From contig JBHGNT010000014.1 in NCBI GenBank assembly GCA_043228905.1, forward strand, positions 19,840,001 to 19,904,000: a stretch of 64,000 nt of DNA. The letters run 5' to 3'. Below, piece by piece: positions 31,491 through 42,707 of the stretch (the first letter of the stretch is position 1; each line of letters opens with the position of its first letter). Origin of the DNA: Azolla caroliniana (lineage: Eukaryota; Plantae; Polypodiophyta). The position numbers were made by a program, and so were the translations under genes. Under the pieces are notes generated by a model that was not told the DNA's origin, did no database searches, and saw only the letters and a program-made list of their open reading frames with translations.

Positions 31491-32086
31491 ACCCCCATGG
31501 TCATGGATTTATAGTGCAGGGTGGCAACGTGTTTCAATGTGTTGGAGTTTGACCTGGCACAAACTTTGCATTTTTTGAGGAGATATGGATGATGGTGGCT
31601 TGCTTATCGGTCTGGCACATTTCGACTTGTAAGTTTGTTTTTCAACAACAAAAGTTCTCAAGCGGTGAGGTGTTGTTAAACATTTGGTTCAAGCTGGTAT
31701 CGTGGTTGTGGGGACGGTACAACGTGATTCCAGGGGAATCGGATGAAGCAAAAAGAGCTCGGTCAAAGTTTCTGCTGAAATGGGGCAGTTCTCCTATGGT
31801 GGTAAGATCATCATTTGGGCCTGGAACTACCAAGCACCCAAATGGCTGTTTCTGCCAATGGCTTCCATTAGTGACCAGGAGATGTAAATATGTATAGTTG
31901 TGTTACAAGTTAATTACCATGTTAAAAGAGTTGATGGGATACTTGTAAATGAGGGGGTGGGGAGTCAAGGACTATTATCACTTTGGTGAGAAGGCCACAG
32001 TGAATTTTGCTGAAATTTGATGGTCTTTAATGTACTTATTTTGCTAACTAATGCGAAGTAATGCGTTTTTTGGAAAAAGAAAGAAA
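31491..32086 (+). mobile_element. 5'-truncated L1-clade LINE 3' end fused to the U6 copy
   Basis: The frame from the junction reads [11 protein letters not shown]...FEEIWMMVACLSVWHISTCKFVF...GESDEAKRARSKFLLKWGSS, homologous to 11043-11351. The 3' end AACTAATGCGAAGTA...TTTTTGGAAAAAGAAAGAAA resembles 11660-11700. TSD GATAGAGCTAC (31376-31386) / GATAGAACTAC (32087-32097). Confidence 0.8.
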
Positions 32087-33619
32087 GATAGAACTACCAT
32101 ATTGAGTGGCTTCACTTGTATACTTTAGTATGATATATATCGGACTATGAGACAAATCATGATACAACTATGGATGATTTCAATATATCCACATTGAAAC
32201 AATAGTAAAGAACTACCCATATTCTAGTACTCGTTGACATTCCTCTATTCGCTCAATGGTAACTCCTCGAAACATTGTTGGTGGATGAAAAGAGCAACAT
32301 AAGAATTTTATTCTATGCAATTGTCATTGTATTCCACATAAGCACAAAAGGTGATTAACTTCCTTTGAAAATGTACATCTCTCTTTGTATGAATCCATCC
32401 TCTAAAAGGTTGATAAAATTATATTTCTAGTAGGCCATCTATGGAGAAATGACTCCCTTAGGCTCAAAATTTTCTTTGGGTACGAAGGTACACCATAAAT
32501 CTTGTTGCAATACCTTGTTCCGTTCATCATTTTGGAAAGGTGCATGAGATGTGAAAGAGTCATTAGTTCTCAAAGTATGTGTCATAAGTACTGTGATCCA
32601 TTTGCACATCATGTTCTCACCATCACTTCAATACTTTAAATGCCTCACTTGTCATTCTTTGAGGTGGCCTGCATCAAACCTGGTTGATGAGGTTCACTCT
32701 CTAGAATAATACATACCATTATGGGTGTGTTGGCAATTCAACATGGATGATCTCATGTGTGGTGGATTCTTTGCACAATATCATTCATGACAAAATCATG
32801 ATGGGTGGCCACTCTATTTAAGTTCACAAGTACACAAGGAGGACTTAGGCCTAGATAAACATGGAGAGATGGATGGGTCATTGAAAAAGTATTGATAGAA
32901 AAAGTAAATGTGTAGAGTCATTGATAACTCTCTAGAGTGTCTTGGAATTTTTAGAGTGGCATTCATCACTTAGAAGGGAAAATACAAGTTCTTTGTAGTT
33001 GACGGTGTTGGCAACATCTCATCTTTTTTTTTCCAAAAAAATTACTTCATTAGTAGAACTTCTGCATACATGACGAAATGATTAGGCTGAAAACATTACA
33101 ATGGTTCGAGCCATGAAGACCTATAACTAATCACAAAGAAGCAGAGTGAGACTAAAAAGATTGACATTGGACATCCTATATGCAATGAATGCCAACATAT
33201 GATCTTTTGGGATGGGAGGATAATCAATCCCTATAACCAAGTTTATATGTATGACAATCGTCAACTTGGTTAATACAAGATGTGAGGTTGGGAATCAAAA
33301 TAAAATTAATGGATTTTAAGACAACTAGGACAAGGTTTTGTGTTCGTAGAAGTTACCATGAGATATGGTATTTGTTGCAAGAAATGGTAGATTTGCAAGA
33401 CCCAACTCAAGATTTTCCTGAGGTAAATTGAACATTTGCATGTCTTAAAGTTTTTCCCAAGTAAAAAGAAATTATGTATATCATTAAGAAATTTAGAGGT
33501 AAATATGTATGATAGAATGGGCCAATAAAGAAAGCGGAATCACAAGATCTTATAAGTGGTGGCAAAGTGTGGTACAAATGAGGTGACAATCTCATTTCCA
33601 TTTTAGAGCTAAGATATTT

Positions 33620-34100
33620 ATTTGGAGAGTTGTGGTGGGTGGATTACCTCTAGAAGTTACGTTGCGAAGATGAAGTGTCGCTTCTGGAATTGGGTTTGTT
33701 TCAGAGAAACATAGTTGACATTGATTTACTAGTTGTTAAGTAACAAGGCCTCTTTGGAAATTTATATCTATTGAGTGGGCTTCTATAAGTAGAATGTCAA
33801 AATCCCCATATCAATGGGTGTTTGCTCATTTGGAGTTGAGAATGCCTTCTCCACATTTTGAGATAGCTTTTCAATGTTGAAGGTATTAGGGATTAGGGTG
33901 TAATTGGTGTACGCGGAATGCCTTTATATTTTATTTTGAATGTGGGGTTGAAAGACACATTAGACAATTAAAAGTCATATTCGTGTGGTAGGTCTCCTTA
34001 TTGGAGACTTCAAGGAGGTTGACACAAGGAGAAATTAGGGAATTAGAGTTTAGCAAGGCATCATATTAGTCATTTGCATTGGCCTTTATCACATGGGTCT
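33620..34100 (+). mobile_element. Possible highly degenerate LINE endonuclease remnant
   Basis: Only short motifs survive: VYA (~33907) and IGDFKEV (~34000, GDFN-like). Many stops. Confidence 0.3.
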
Positions 34101-34639
34101 ACATAGGTCCATAACGCTATACCTAAATATGAGGGATGTCAGGGGAACCATAATTGAATTGGTGGTGACTATATGATATCATATTGGATCGATTCTATTG
34201 TGACTCTCCGCATTAATACATTACTATTTATGAAAGAGGGAGAGAACAAATCACCAACTAGTATTTTTATGTTATATGCTAGGCTATGCAAAAGAAGCCT
34301 TACCTAAAGCTGCTAGTTGGTACTCCAATTTTGTACCACACCTCGATTATTTCAATTTGGTTAGAATTTATGTACCCAATGAACATAATCGTCTTTTTGA
34401 CCAATGACCTTCGAGAGGAAAGTTGGAGGGCAATGTGAGTGCTACATCAAATCACTACACATATCGTCATAAAATGGAGAGAGACGGAGACACACATGAG
34501 TAGAGAGGATATTTCTTTCTCTCTCTTCTTTATAGAGCTGGTTGAATTTGAAGGGAAGAGAAAGGGAGGGGGGGCTTTTATAAGAAAACCCTTCATGATT
34601 TTACTTTGGCATCATGCAAACTACTAGTTTGCTTCTAAA

Positions 34640-34980
34640 AATGGTTTCACAATGTTGACATGTAGACTTTTCTAACATGCAAGGAGTGAAATCTCTAAGT
34701 TTTCTTCATATGTGTGTCCTTCCTTAAAAGTTCCTTAAAAGGGATATTCATATTTCGAAGCACCAAGTCTCAATGTGTGAATAAGGCATACAAATATGAG
34801 CACAACCTTCTAGGTGTTTTCTTTAGCATGACACTCAAGTCATCACCCCTTGATAATATATCATCATAGCTTTCACGAATTGGATTATATGCAGAGCATG
34901 TAAAAATTAAGTGATACTCATCCTCTACTATCCTTGCATTTGGCAAATTTTGTGGCCATAAATGCAACTTCAATAGCTAG
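34640..34980 (-). mobile_element. LINE 3' fragment (C-terminal CCHC region)
   Basis: ORF 34770..34973 contains VEDEYHLIFTCSAYNPIRE, the typical non-LTR ORF2 C-terminal zinc-finger half. Confidence 0.6.
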
Positions 34981-35747
34981 ATTATATGATCAAGTGTGGA
35001 GGAATGTTAGGGCTCTACGAGAGTTAAAACTCATGTTAGTAATAAGGTAAGGTTGATTATGATCAATAGGTCTTCTTGCCTTATGTAGAACCCAACATTC
35101 TAGTTTGTTGTTTGCAATGTAATATTCTAATTTTGTTCTTTTAGCATCTTTCCACTTGTACTTAGTGGTTCCAATAATCTTTCCTCAATAACTAAATATT
35201 TCATAGTGTGCTTTGCATGTTTTCATTTGTGTCACCCTTTTAGCACACCCTTTTTAGCATGCAAGTAGTGAAGCCAACTCACCATTTTAGCACACCATGT
35301 TTAGTACGCATGTAGCTAAGCCAACCCAAATGAGTACCTTTGTATCGACTATAAATTGAGCAAGAAGTATGAAGCTAAGTAGGGTGGTTTTGGTATCTTT
35401 GTGTGGATTTCACATATTGGTGGAGAAACAGGGTAGAATTTTAGCCGCTAACACCTTGTTCATCGCGTCACCTCCAAAACCATACCCCTATGCAGCTAGA
35501 TTTCCCGTAGCCTCATGAGTGGGCACCCCCCTTCCAAATGGAACAACTCTTGCAAGTCCTCTCCAACGTCGTGCTTCAAATCAGCAACACGAATCAAGCT
35601 ATGCTCTCCCCTTCCTCTCTGTTAACAAGGAACGACCTCAAGATTGGCCAGATTCCAAGGTCCGCCCGAAGTCCTTCTCCGGCTTGGACTTTGAGGATGT
35701 ATTAGCTTGGTTGGACCACTTTGAGATGATCTCCAGTTGTTGAGAAT

Positions 35748-38700
35748 TGTTGCCATTTAGGCATCCCGTAAGCATTGACATGGACGCAACCTACTTCCAG
35801 TAGGAACTTGGCCACTTCACGGAAGAAGGGATCCGGAATCTGTTTTGTTCTATAGGCTTTGGCGGAGGATGAGTATGGGCCAAAATACTGCTGCAGCGCC
35901 TTTGTAGGAGGTATTTCGAAATGTCTTTCGCCTAGTGAAGATAGGTCTAACTTCTTCCGAATGGAAGAGTTTGTGACCATGTCAATGTTAAGCCGCCTGA
36001 CGATGTCCATGGCGTCCGGGTGCGGAGGTGCTTTTGCGACCCGAATATAACCATCCAGGCGCTTCTCCACGAGCCATCAGCGTAGGGCAGTAGAGATGAA
36101 GATCGGCATCGCCAGGGTAGGTTCGTGGAGAGGCGACGAGTAGCAGTGGTGAGTTGGAGCTTTGAGATGTGATGGGGAAGAAGGTGAGGAGGAGCGATGG
36201 GAGCGCTGATAGCTAGACACTGTGTTTCTGCTTTGTGCAGAAAACCTTCTATTTTCTTCTTTTTGTGGCTTAGGGTTCCTTGGGCGGTGAACCATCGTGG
36301 TGCTGTGTGTTCTTGAACTAAGAGTTTGTGCATGCCTTTAGTCGTTTTAATAGTCGCTATCTTCTCTTTTTTTCTTTTCTTTTTTTTCTTTTTCCTAACG
36401 GTTAGTTACCCCCTATTTTTACATTATAGTACAATTGGGCCTGTCCCTTTTACGCTGCGGGTTCTCCGGCTTTGTCCCGTACGGCGGTGAATGGGTTAGG
36501 TGGTGTAGGGCCCAGGTAAGGTTTGAGCCGAAACCCATTCACTTTTTGCCGTACTATTTCTCCAGCCAACGTTTCTAGTTGGAACGTGCCCTGTTCCGCT
36601 CCAATTATCCAGTATGGGTCGGTCTAGCGGAAACATAGGTTACCCGACATCTGGCCCATGCGTGTTTGAAAAACTAGCACCGCTCGGCCCACGACGAACT
36701 CCTTTTCCCTTGCGCTCCGATGTCGATCGACAAATGCTTTAGGCCATTGCTGTTCTTCTTCCAACACAGCCATGCTGTGGACGCGTTTCTCCCCTAGTTC
36801 GAGGAGTTGGTAGAGCCGTTCCTCCTCTGACTTGGCTTCTGATAATCGGTTCCGTACCTGAATGCACAAACTAGGTACCCGGAATTCGACCGGCATTACC
36901 GCTTCTAGTCCAAACGGTAGCCGGAACGGTGTTGACCGTATGCTTGTTTTGTAACTAGTTCTGTACGCCCATAACGCGCTCTGGAGTTTGGTATCCCAAT
37001 CCGTTCTATTTTCATTGACGGTTTTCTTTAAAATGGTCTGTAAAGTTTTGTTCGTGGATTCCGCTAATCCATTCGCCTACGGGTAGTATCGCGTGCTTTT
37101 CTTGTGGACGACTGCGTAATGCTGTGTTAGTTCTCGAACCACCGTATTGAGGAAGTGGCTCCCCTGGTCACTGATGAGCTCAATCGGGCAGCCGAACCGG
37201 CACCAGATGTGCTCGTACAGAAATTTGGCTGTGACGGTCGCCGTATTTTCCCATAGTGCCTTTGCTTCTACCCATTTGGTACAGTAATCCGTGGCTACCA
37301 ATATGTATTTGTTACCCGTACGGGCTGCTGCTGGTGTGAAGGGCCCCACAAAATCCAATCCCCACTTTTGGAAAGGGTCTAGTGGTAGCACGGGTTGGTG
37401 TGGCATCCTTGCGTCCTTCGCGGGCTGACCCATCCGTTGGCACAAATCACACTTTCTACAATACTCGGATGCGTCCTTCTGTGTTGTTGGCCACCATAAG
37501 CCCGCCTGCCATATTTTGCGGGCTGTCACGTTGCCTGCGTAATGGCCGCCGGCCGTGCCGTAGTGTGCCTCCTGTAAAACTGCTTCTTTTTCATCCTGAC
37601 GGACTCCACATCGCCAAATGCCGTCACTTCCTTTGTGATATAAATACTCTTCGACCAGGCAGAAGTGACGGCTTCGAACGACTAGTCGTTTCTTCTCGTC
37701 TGTGCGTAATTGTGGTGGAGGTAGTCCTGTAGTAAAAAAGTACGTCATTTCCATAAGCCATCGATCCGGAAAGGTGGATTCCGTTTTTTCTACAAATGTC
37801 GCTACTTGCCAGATGTCGGCGTCCGGAAAATCGTCGTCGTCTTTCTGTACTGTTTTTCCATTCTCAAGTTTGCTCAGAAAATCCGCCACTGCGTGTTGCA
37901 TCCCTGGCCGGTGCTGAATTACAAACTCGAATTCCTGGAGCAGCAGCATCCACCGCGCCAATTTCCCTATCAGGGCTTGTTTCTTTACCAAATACAATAA
38001 TGCCGAATGATCCACGTGGAACGTGAATTTCTGTCCTAGTAAATAGTGTCGGAATTTATTGATGCTATAGATCATCCCTAGCGCCTCCCGCTCTGTTGTG
38101 GAATAGTTACGCTCTGCTGCTGATAATTTACGACTTGCGTAGTATACTGGCCTGTACCAATTTGGTTCGGTGAGTTGCATTAGCGCGCTTCCTATTGCTG
38201 TGTCCGAGGCGTCGACGAACACGTGAAATGGTTTCGCCCAAATTGGAGGTTGTACTACGGGGGCCTGTGTGAGCATTATTTTAAGTGCCTCATAGGCCTT
38301 ATCCTCTGTTGCAGTCCATTGGAAAGGAGTTCGATGTACGACAGCGTGTAGTGGTGTGGCGAAGTCCGCCAAATACCGTATCATTAGACTATGCCATCGT
38401 ATTTGGCCTAAAAACCGGCTAAGTGCTTTGGCATTTGTCGGAGTTTTAGCTTGCGTAATAGCGAAGATCTTGTTTGGGTCGACCGCTATTCCTTCCTTGC
38501 TGACTATGTGGCCTAGGAGAGTCCCGCTGGTCACGCCGAAGGCACATTTCGCGGGATTCAGGCTTAAGCGTGCGGTGCGGCAACGTTCCAGGCAGAGACG
38601 TAAGTGCGAGAAATGGTCTTTTGTTCGCCCATATACCGCAAAATCATCTAAAAAGACTTGCATGAACGCCGGAATGTATTCCCCAAAGATCTCTGTAATC

Positions 38701-41700
38701 GTTCATTGGAATGTTGCCGGTGTTGTCTTTAGCCCGAACATCATGACGACCGCCACATATACTCCCCAGTCCGTGACAAATGCCGTCTTCTCCTTGTCAT
38801 CGGGGTGCATGCGTACTTGATTATAGCCACTGAAGCCATCTAAGAAACTGTACATCTCATGACCTGCGACGGCGTCTAGCACGCTATCCGTGAAGGGTAA
38901 GGGAAAAGCGTCCGTAATGGTTACGACGTTTAATTTCCGGTAATCCATGCATACCCGTATTTTGCCGTTTTTCTTTGGCACCACCACTATCGGGCTAAGC
39001 CATGTCGCTTGTTTTACTGGCCGTATGAACCCAGCCCTCAATAGCTTGTCAATTTCTTCTTTCACGCGGGTCGCGTAATTGGGGTTCATGCGGTAGCGAC
39101 GCTGCTGGACAGGTTTCGCATCCGTTGCTAAATTGATCTTATGCTGATAGAACTTGGGATCTAACCCCTTCATATCCTCATGAGCCCATGCGAACACATC
39201 TTTATATTCCGTGAGTAGTGCGATCATTGTGGTCCTCTGGTCCGGCCTCAATTCCTTTGCTATGGAGAGGAGCCGGGGTTCCGATCCCGTACCCACATTG
39301 ACTTCGTCGAGAACGGAAGCGGTGACCCGTCGTGAAATCTCCATTTCCCTTTCGAAGGCCGCCCGTGCTCTGCTGAGTTCCAATATGGACTCTGGGTTTG
39401 GTTCGTACGGCTCTTCGCTCGGAACAATGGCCGTAGTATATTCTGCCGTAGTACATCTATCTCGAACAGCGGAATAATTCGAGGATGTTCGTCAAGGTAC
39501 GCTTCTAATTCGGCATCCTCCACCCCAGCCAGCATATTGATGTCTTCCGCATATAACGGTGTTATCCCCTTGGGTTGGGGCGTGTTGCCTTCCGTAGGAA
39601 CACGAACCTTGATGCGTCCTTGCCGGAAACTGATACACTCTTGTTGCCAGCTCTGCTTGATATTTGTTGTCCGAAGCCATGGTCTGCCCAGAAGCACTGG
39701 GTACGCTGCTGGCGCGTCCAAAGCGAGAACGACCGCCGATATGTCGAAGCGGTGTCCGCCCACGATGATGCCTATTTTGCAGATTAGCCCCAACGGCCGC
39801 ACTGATCGGGTATCTGCCATGCGAAGCCAGAATGGACACGCCTCCCATTTGGAAATGCCCAACTGTTCGCAAGTTTTCGCGCTAATCACATTGACGCCTG
39901 AGCCGCCGTCGATTACAAATCCAGGGACTTCCTGTCTGTGCGATATTACTGTAATGGCCGGGTTGTGCTGATCTACCACTGGTGGTCCCTCGCTGACGTC
40001 AGTTAGTTTTGTGGCTACGCTTGCCCCCGTCATGCCCGCCACCTGTGCTTCCATGGTCTGGTGGAGACGTGGAACTAGCTGTAGCAGTTTTTCCATAGTT
40101 AGCATGATTTCACAGCCCGTTAACACCTGCCAAATGGGGTCCGGCCCCGGTTTTTCGTTCTCTGTTTGCTTCATTGCATTTGCGAACTCCTGTCTCATAT
40201 GTTCCGTATTGGCCGCGTTTGCTTTTTCCACCCAAGCTTGGGCTTGTCGTCGTACCTCGTCCTGCGCAGCCCAATCCGCCGTTTTCGTTTGCTAGCGTGT
40301 CGTGACTTGTTGCACCTCTTCCGTAATCGTGTTGATGGCGGGCCCCTTTCCCTTGCGTGCTGGGCATTGTGTGGCATAATGTCCGGGTTGCTGACAAATA
40401 AAACAACGGTTGCTTGATTCTCCCTTCTCGGCCCCAAGTGGAGTGTGTCGTTCTCCGGGCGCTACTTGCTCTTCGCGATCCGGCCTCGTTTGTCGGGACG
40501 TACGCGGTGGCTGCTGTTGATCTCGTCGTTGTTCCTGGTGCCGCTCATCCCCCGAGCTTTCGTCGTAACGCCGATGATCCCTATATTGTCGAGGCTTACC
40601 TCGATAGCCATTGAAGCCGCCCCGTTTGTTCATCGGGCGTTGATGTTCGTACCGCCGGCCTCCTTTGGCGTAACTCGGATGTCCACGATAATCCTCGTCC
40701 TCCGGGTGCTCTTCCTCGGACTCGTTGTGATTCCGGCGATTCCGGTTGTACTTGTCCTCCCGCGGGTTGTGATCCCTATACCGGGGTCGGTCTTCTTGCC
40801 TCCTTTGTTCCACCCGATGTGGTTGCCGTTGTGTGTCCAAGCTGCGGACCGCGGGCGTGGCTCTATTTAACATATTGTACTCGCATTGGTCGACTGTGTG
40901 AACCTTCGAGTGGTAGATTGGGTAGTGGATTCGCATATTGCACTCCACCGCGGAATGCCCTGAGTTCAATCAAATCGTGCACTGGATTGCCTAACGAAAT
41001 TGACGTTCCTCATCCTGAGGTAACGCTTGTCGTAAGGATGACATCAAAAACCTCTCCTCCTCGTCATCCAACTCGAGCTGTAACGCTCGTTCAATCACCA
41101 TATCCGTCGTTTCCCCTTTCACGCTATTGTTGTTGAGCGTTGCCCTGATGGGCCGGCGTAACGCTGCCAGAAATGTCTCCCGTGCCTCCTCCTCCACAGG
41201 GCTTCGATCCAGTTTCCGTCGTAAATTCTGGAACCGTAATTTGAAGTCTGCGATTGTCTCGGTCGGTAGTTGCTTAATTGTATAAAACTGCCCGAGAATC
41301 TCGCGTTGTGGAACCCTCTGGTGGAAAAAACGCAAGAAGGCGGACTAGAGCTGATCGAAGGTTGTTATGGCCGGTAAATCCATCTGTGAATGCCAGAACG
41401 CCGCACGCCCATCTAATGTTAATCCGAACTCCGTCATTTTCGACTGGTGTGCCACCGTCTCGGAAAGGTTCTGTGCCATGTGGTTCGCATTCCAAACGTT
41501 CAAGAACATGCGAACATGAGTTGCGGTGTCGGTTTCGCCGTTAAAGCGGGGGTAGGCAAAGGCCATCGTGGGAGCTACGGCGGATCAGAGCAGGTCATGG
41601 GGAGGCTGCGGTAAGCGTGGTCCCCTCGCCTCGTTGAGGTATTTGGGGAGCAAGGACTCCTCTTTGCGCTCCTGGCAGGTATTACTAGGGTCGCCGATGC

Positions 41701-42297
41701 GTGGCTTTTGCCGAGCGCGTTCTTCTGCCTGGCGTGTGACGGACCTTGTTCCTGGCTAGTCTTGTCTTGTTGGTTCTCTGAGTCGTCTGCGGCTAAACAT
41801 CCATTCGTTGTTGCTCGTCTGTGAGGAAACACAGATCACCAAGCGTGCCAACAGTGTTGCCTCTTAGGAAACACGGTCCCTGGTCAGTCCTTCGACCTAG
41901 ACCCCAAGGTGGGTGTGGAACAACGAACAGAGCTTAATCGTACTACGTAAGGAGAGAACCTCTGCGATTTCACTGTGTGCAAAGGGAGACGGCTACAACC
42001 GACTCCTAACCACATGTAGCGCTTACGTACTACTATGATTACGTATCTGAGACACAGACACTGAATTAGCCGTAGCTATACACAGAAACTTAGAGAAGAT
42101 AGTATTCTATTATCAGGCATTCTTTTACAATTCCCAGAATTTTACACGCACCTCCTTACGAGGTTTTCTGCCCTTTATATATGCAGGGTCTAATTAGCCG
42201 TTCACGCGTACCCGCGTGAACCGTTACATACGTTACACTTTATATAGTTTCTTATTCCTACGCTTTTGGCCGTCAGTTACTACTCCGACGGACAACA
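35748..42297 (-). mobile_element. Younger non-chromovirus (Athila/Tat-like) Ty3/gypsy element nested in the outer one; 5' LTR 41855-42297; 3' LTR missing
   Basis: Perfect 5-bp TSD AGAAT (35743-35747, 42298-42302). PBS TGGCACGCTTGGTG (tRNA-Arg-like). Gag with CCHC knuckle CFICQQPGHYATQC, protease IDGGSG, RT SFLDGFSGYNQ / FLDDF, RNase H VDASD...EREALG, integrase HHCC and DFVGPF, plus an extra 3' ORF at 35748-36333. A few in-frame stops. Confidence 0.92.
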
Positions 42298-42367
42298 AGA
42301 ATCAAACTCAACTTTTATGTGGGAGCATGTATTAGCTTGGTTGGACCACTTTGAGATGATCTCTAGT

Positions 42368-42600
42368 TGTTGAGAATCAAACTCAACTTCCGTGTGCATA
42401 GAGAGAAGGTGACTACATAAGCACTTTTCTCTCCCTCTTTGTAATTGTTTTTTGTCTTATTCTTGTCTATATACAGTTTTATTGTTTTCTGTATACATTG
42501 TGTTCTCTCTCTCTCTCTCTTTTTTTTTTATCATAATTAGCTTACCCTAGTGGTAAGTCGATAACACTACAAGCACCGTCTCTCTCTCTCTCTCTCGTGA

Positions 42601-42673
<73 letters not shown>

Positions 42674-42707
42674 TTCTATTGCACAGAATCATATCCGATT
42701 CATTACA
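42368..42707 (+). mobile_element. Solo LTR (TGTTGAGAAT...CATTACA) interrupting the outer gag; contains (AC)n at 42604-42665
   Basis: TG...CA termini. Imperfect TSD CCAGT (35733) or CTAGT (42363) versus CCAAT (42708). Removing it restores the outer gag reading frame. Orientation is not certain. Confidence 0.7.

Noticed and set aside
37382-41759. Plus-strand ORFs within the inner gypsy
   Set aside because: Antisense shadows of GC-rich gag-pol.
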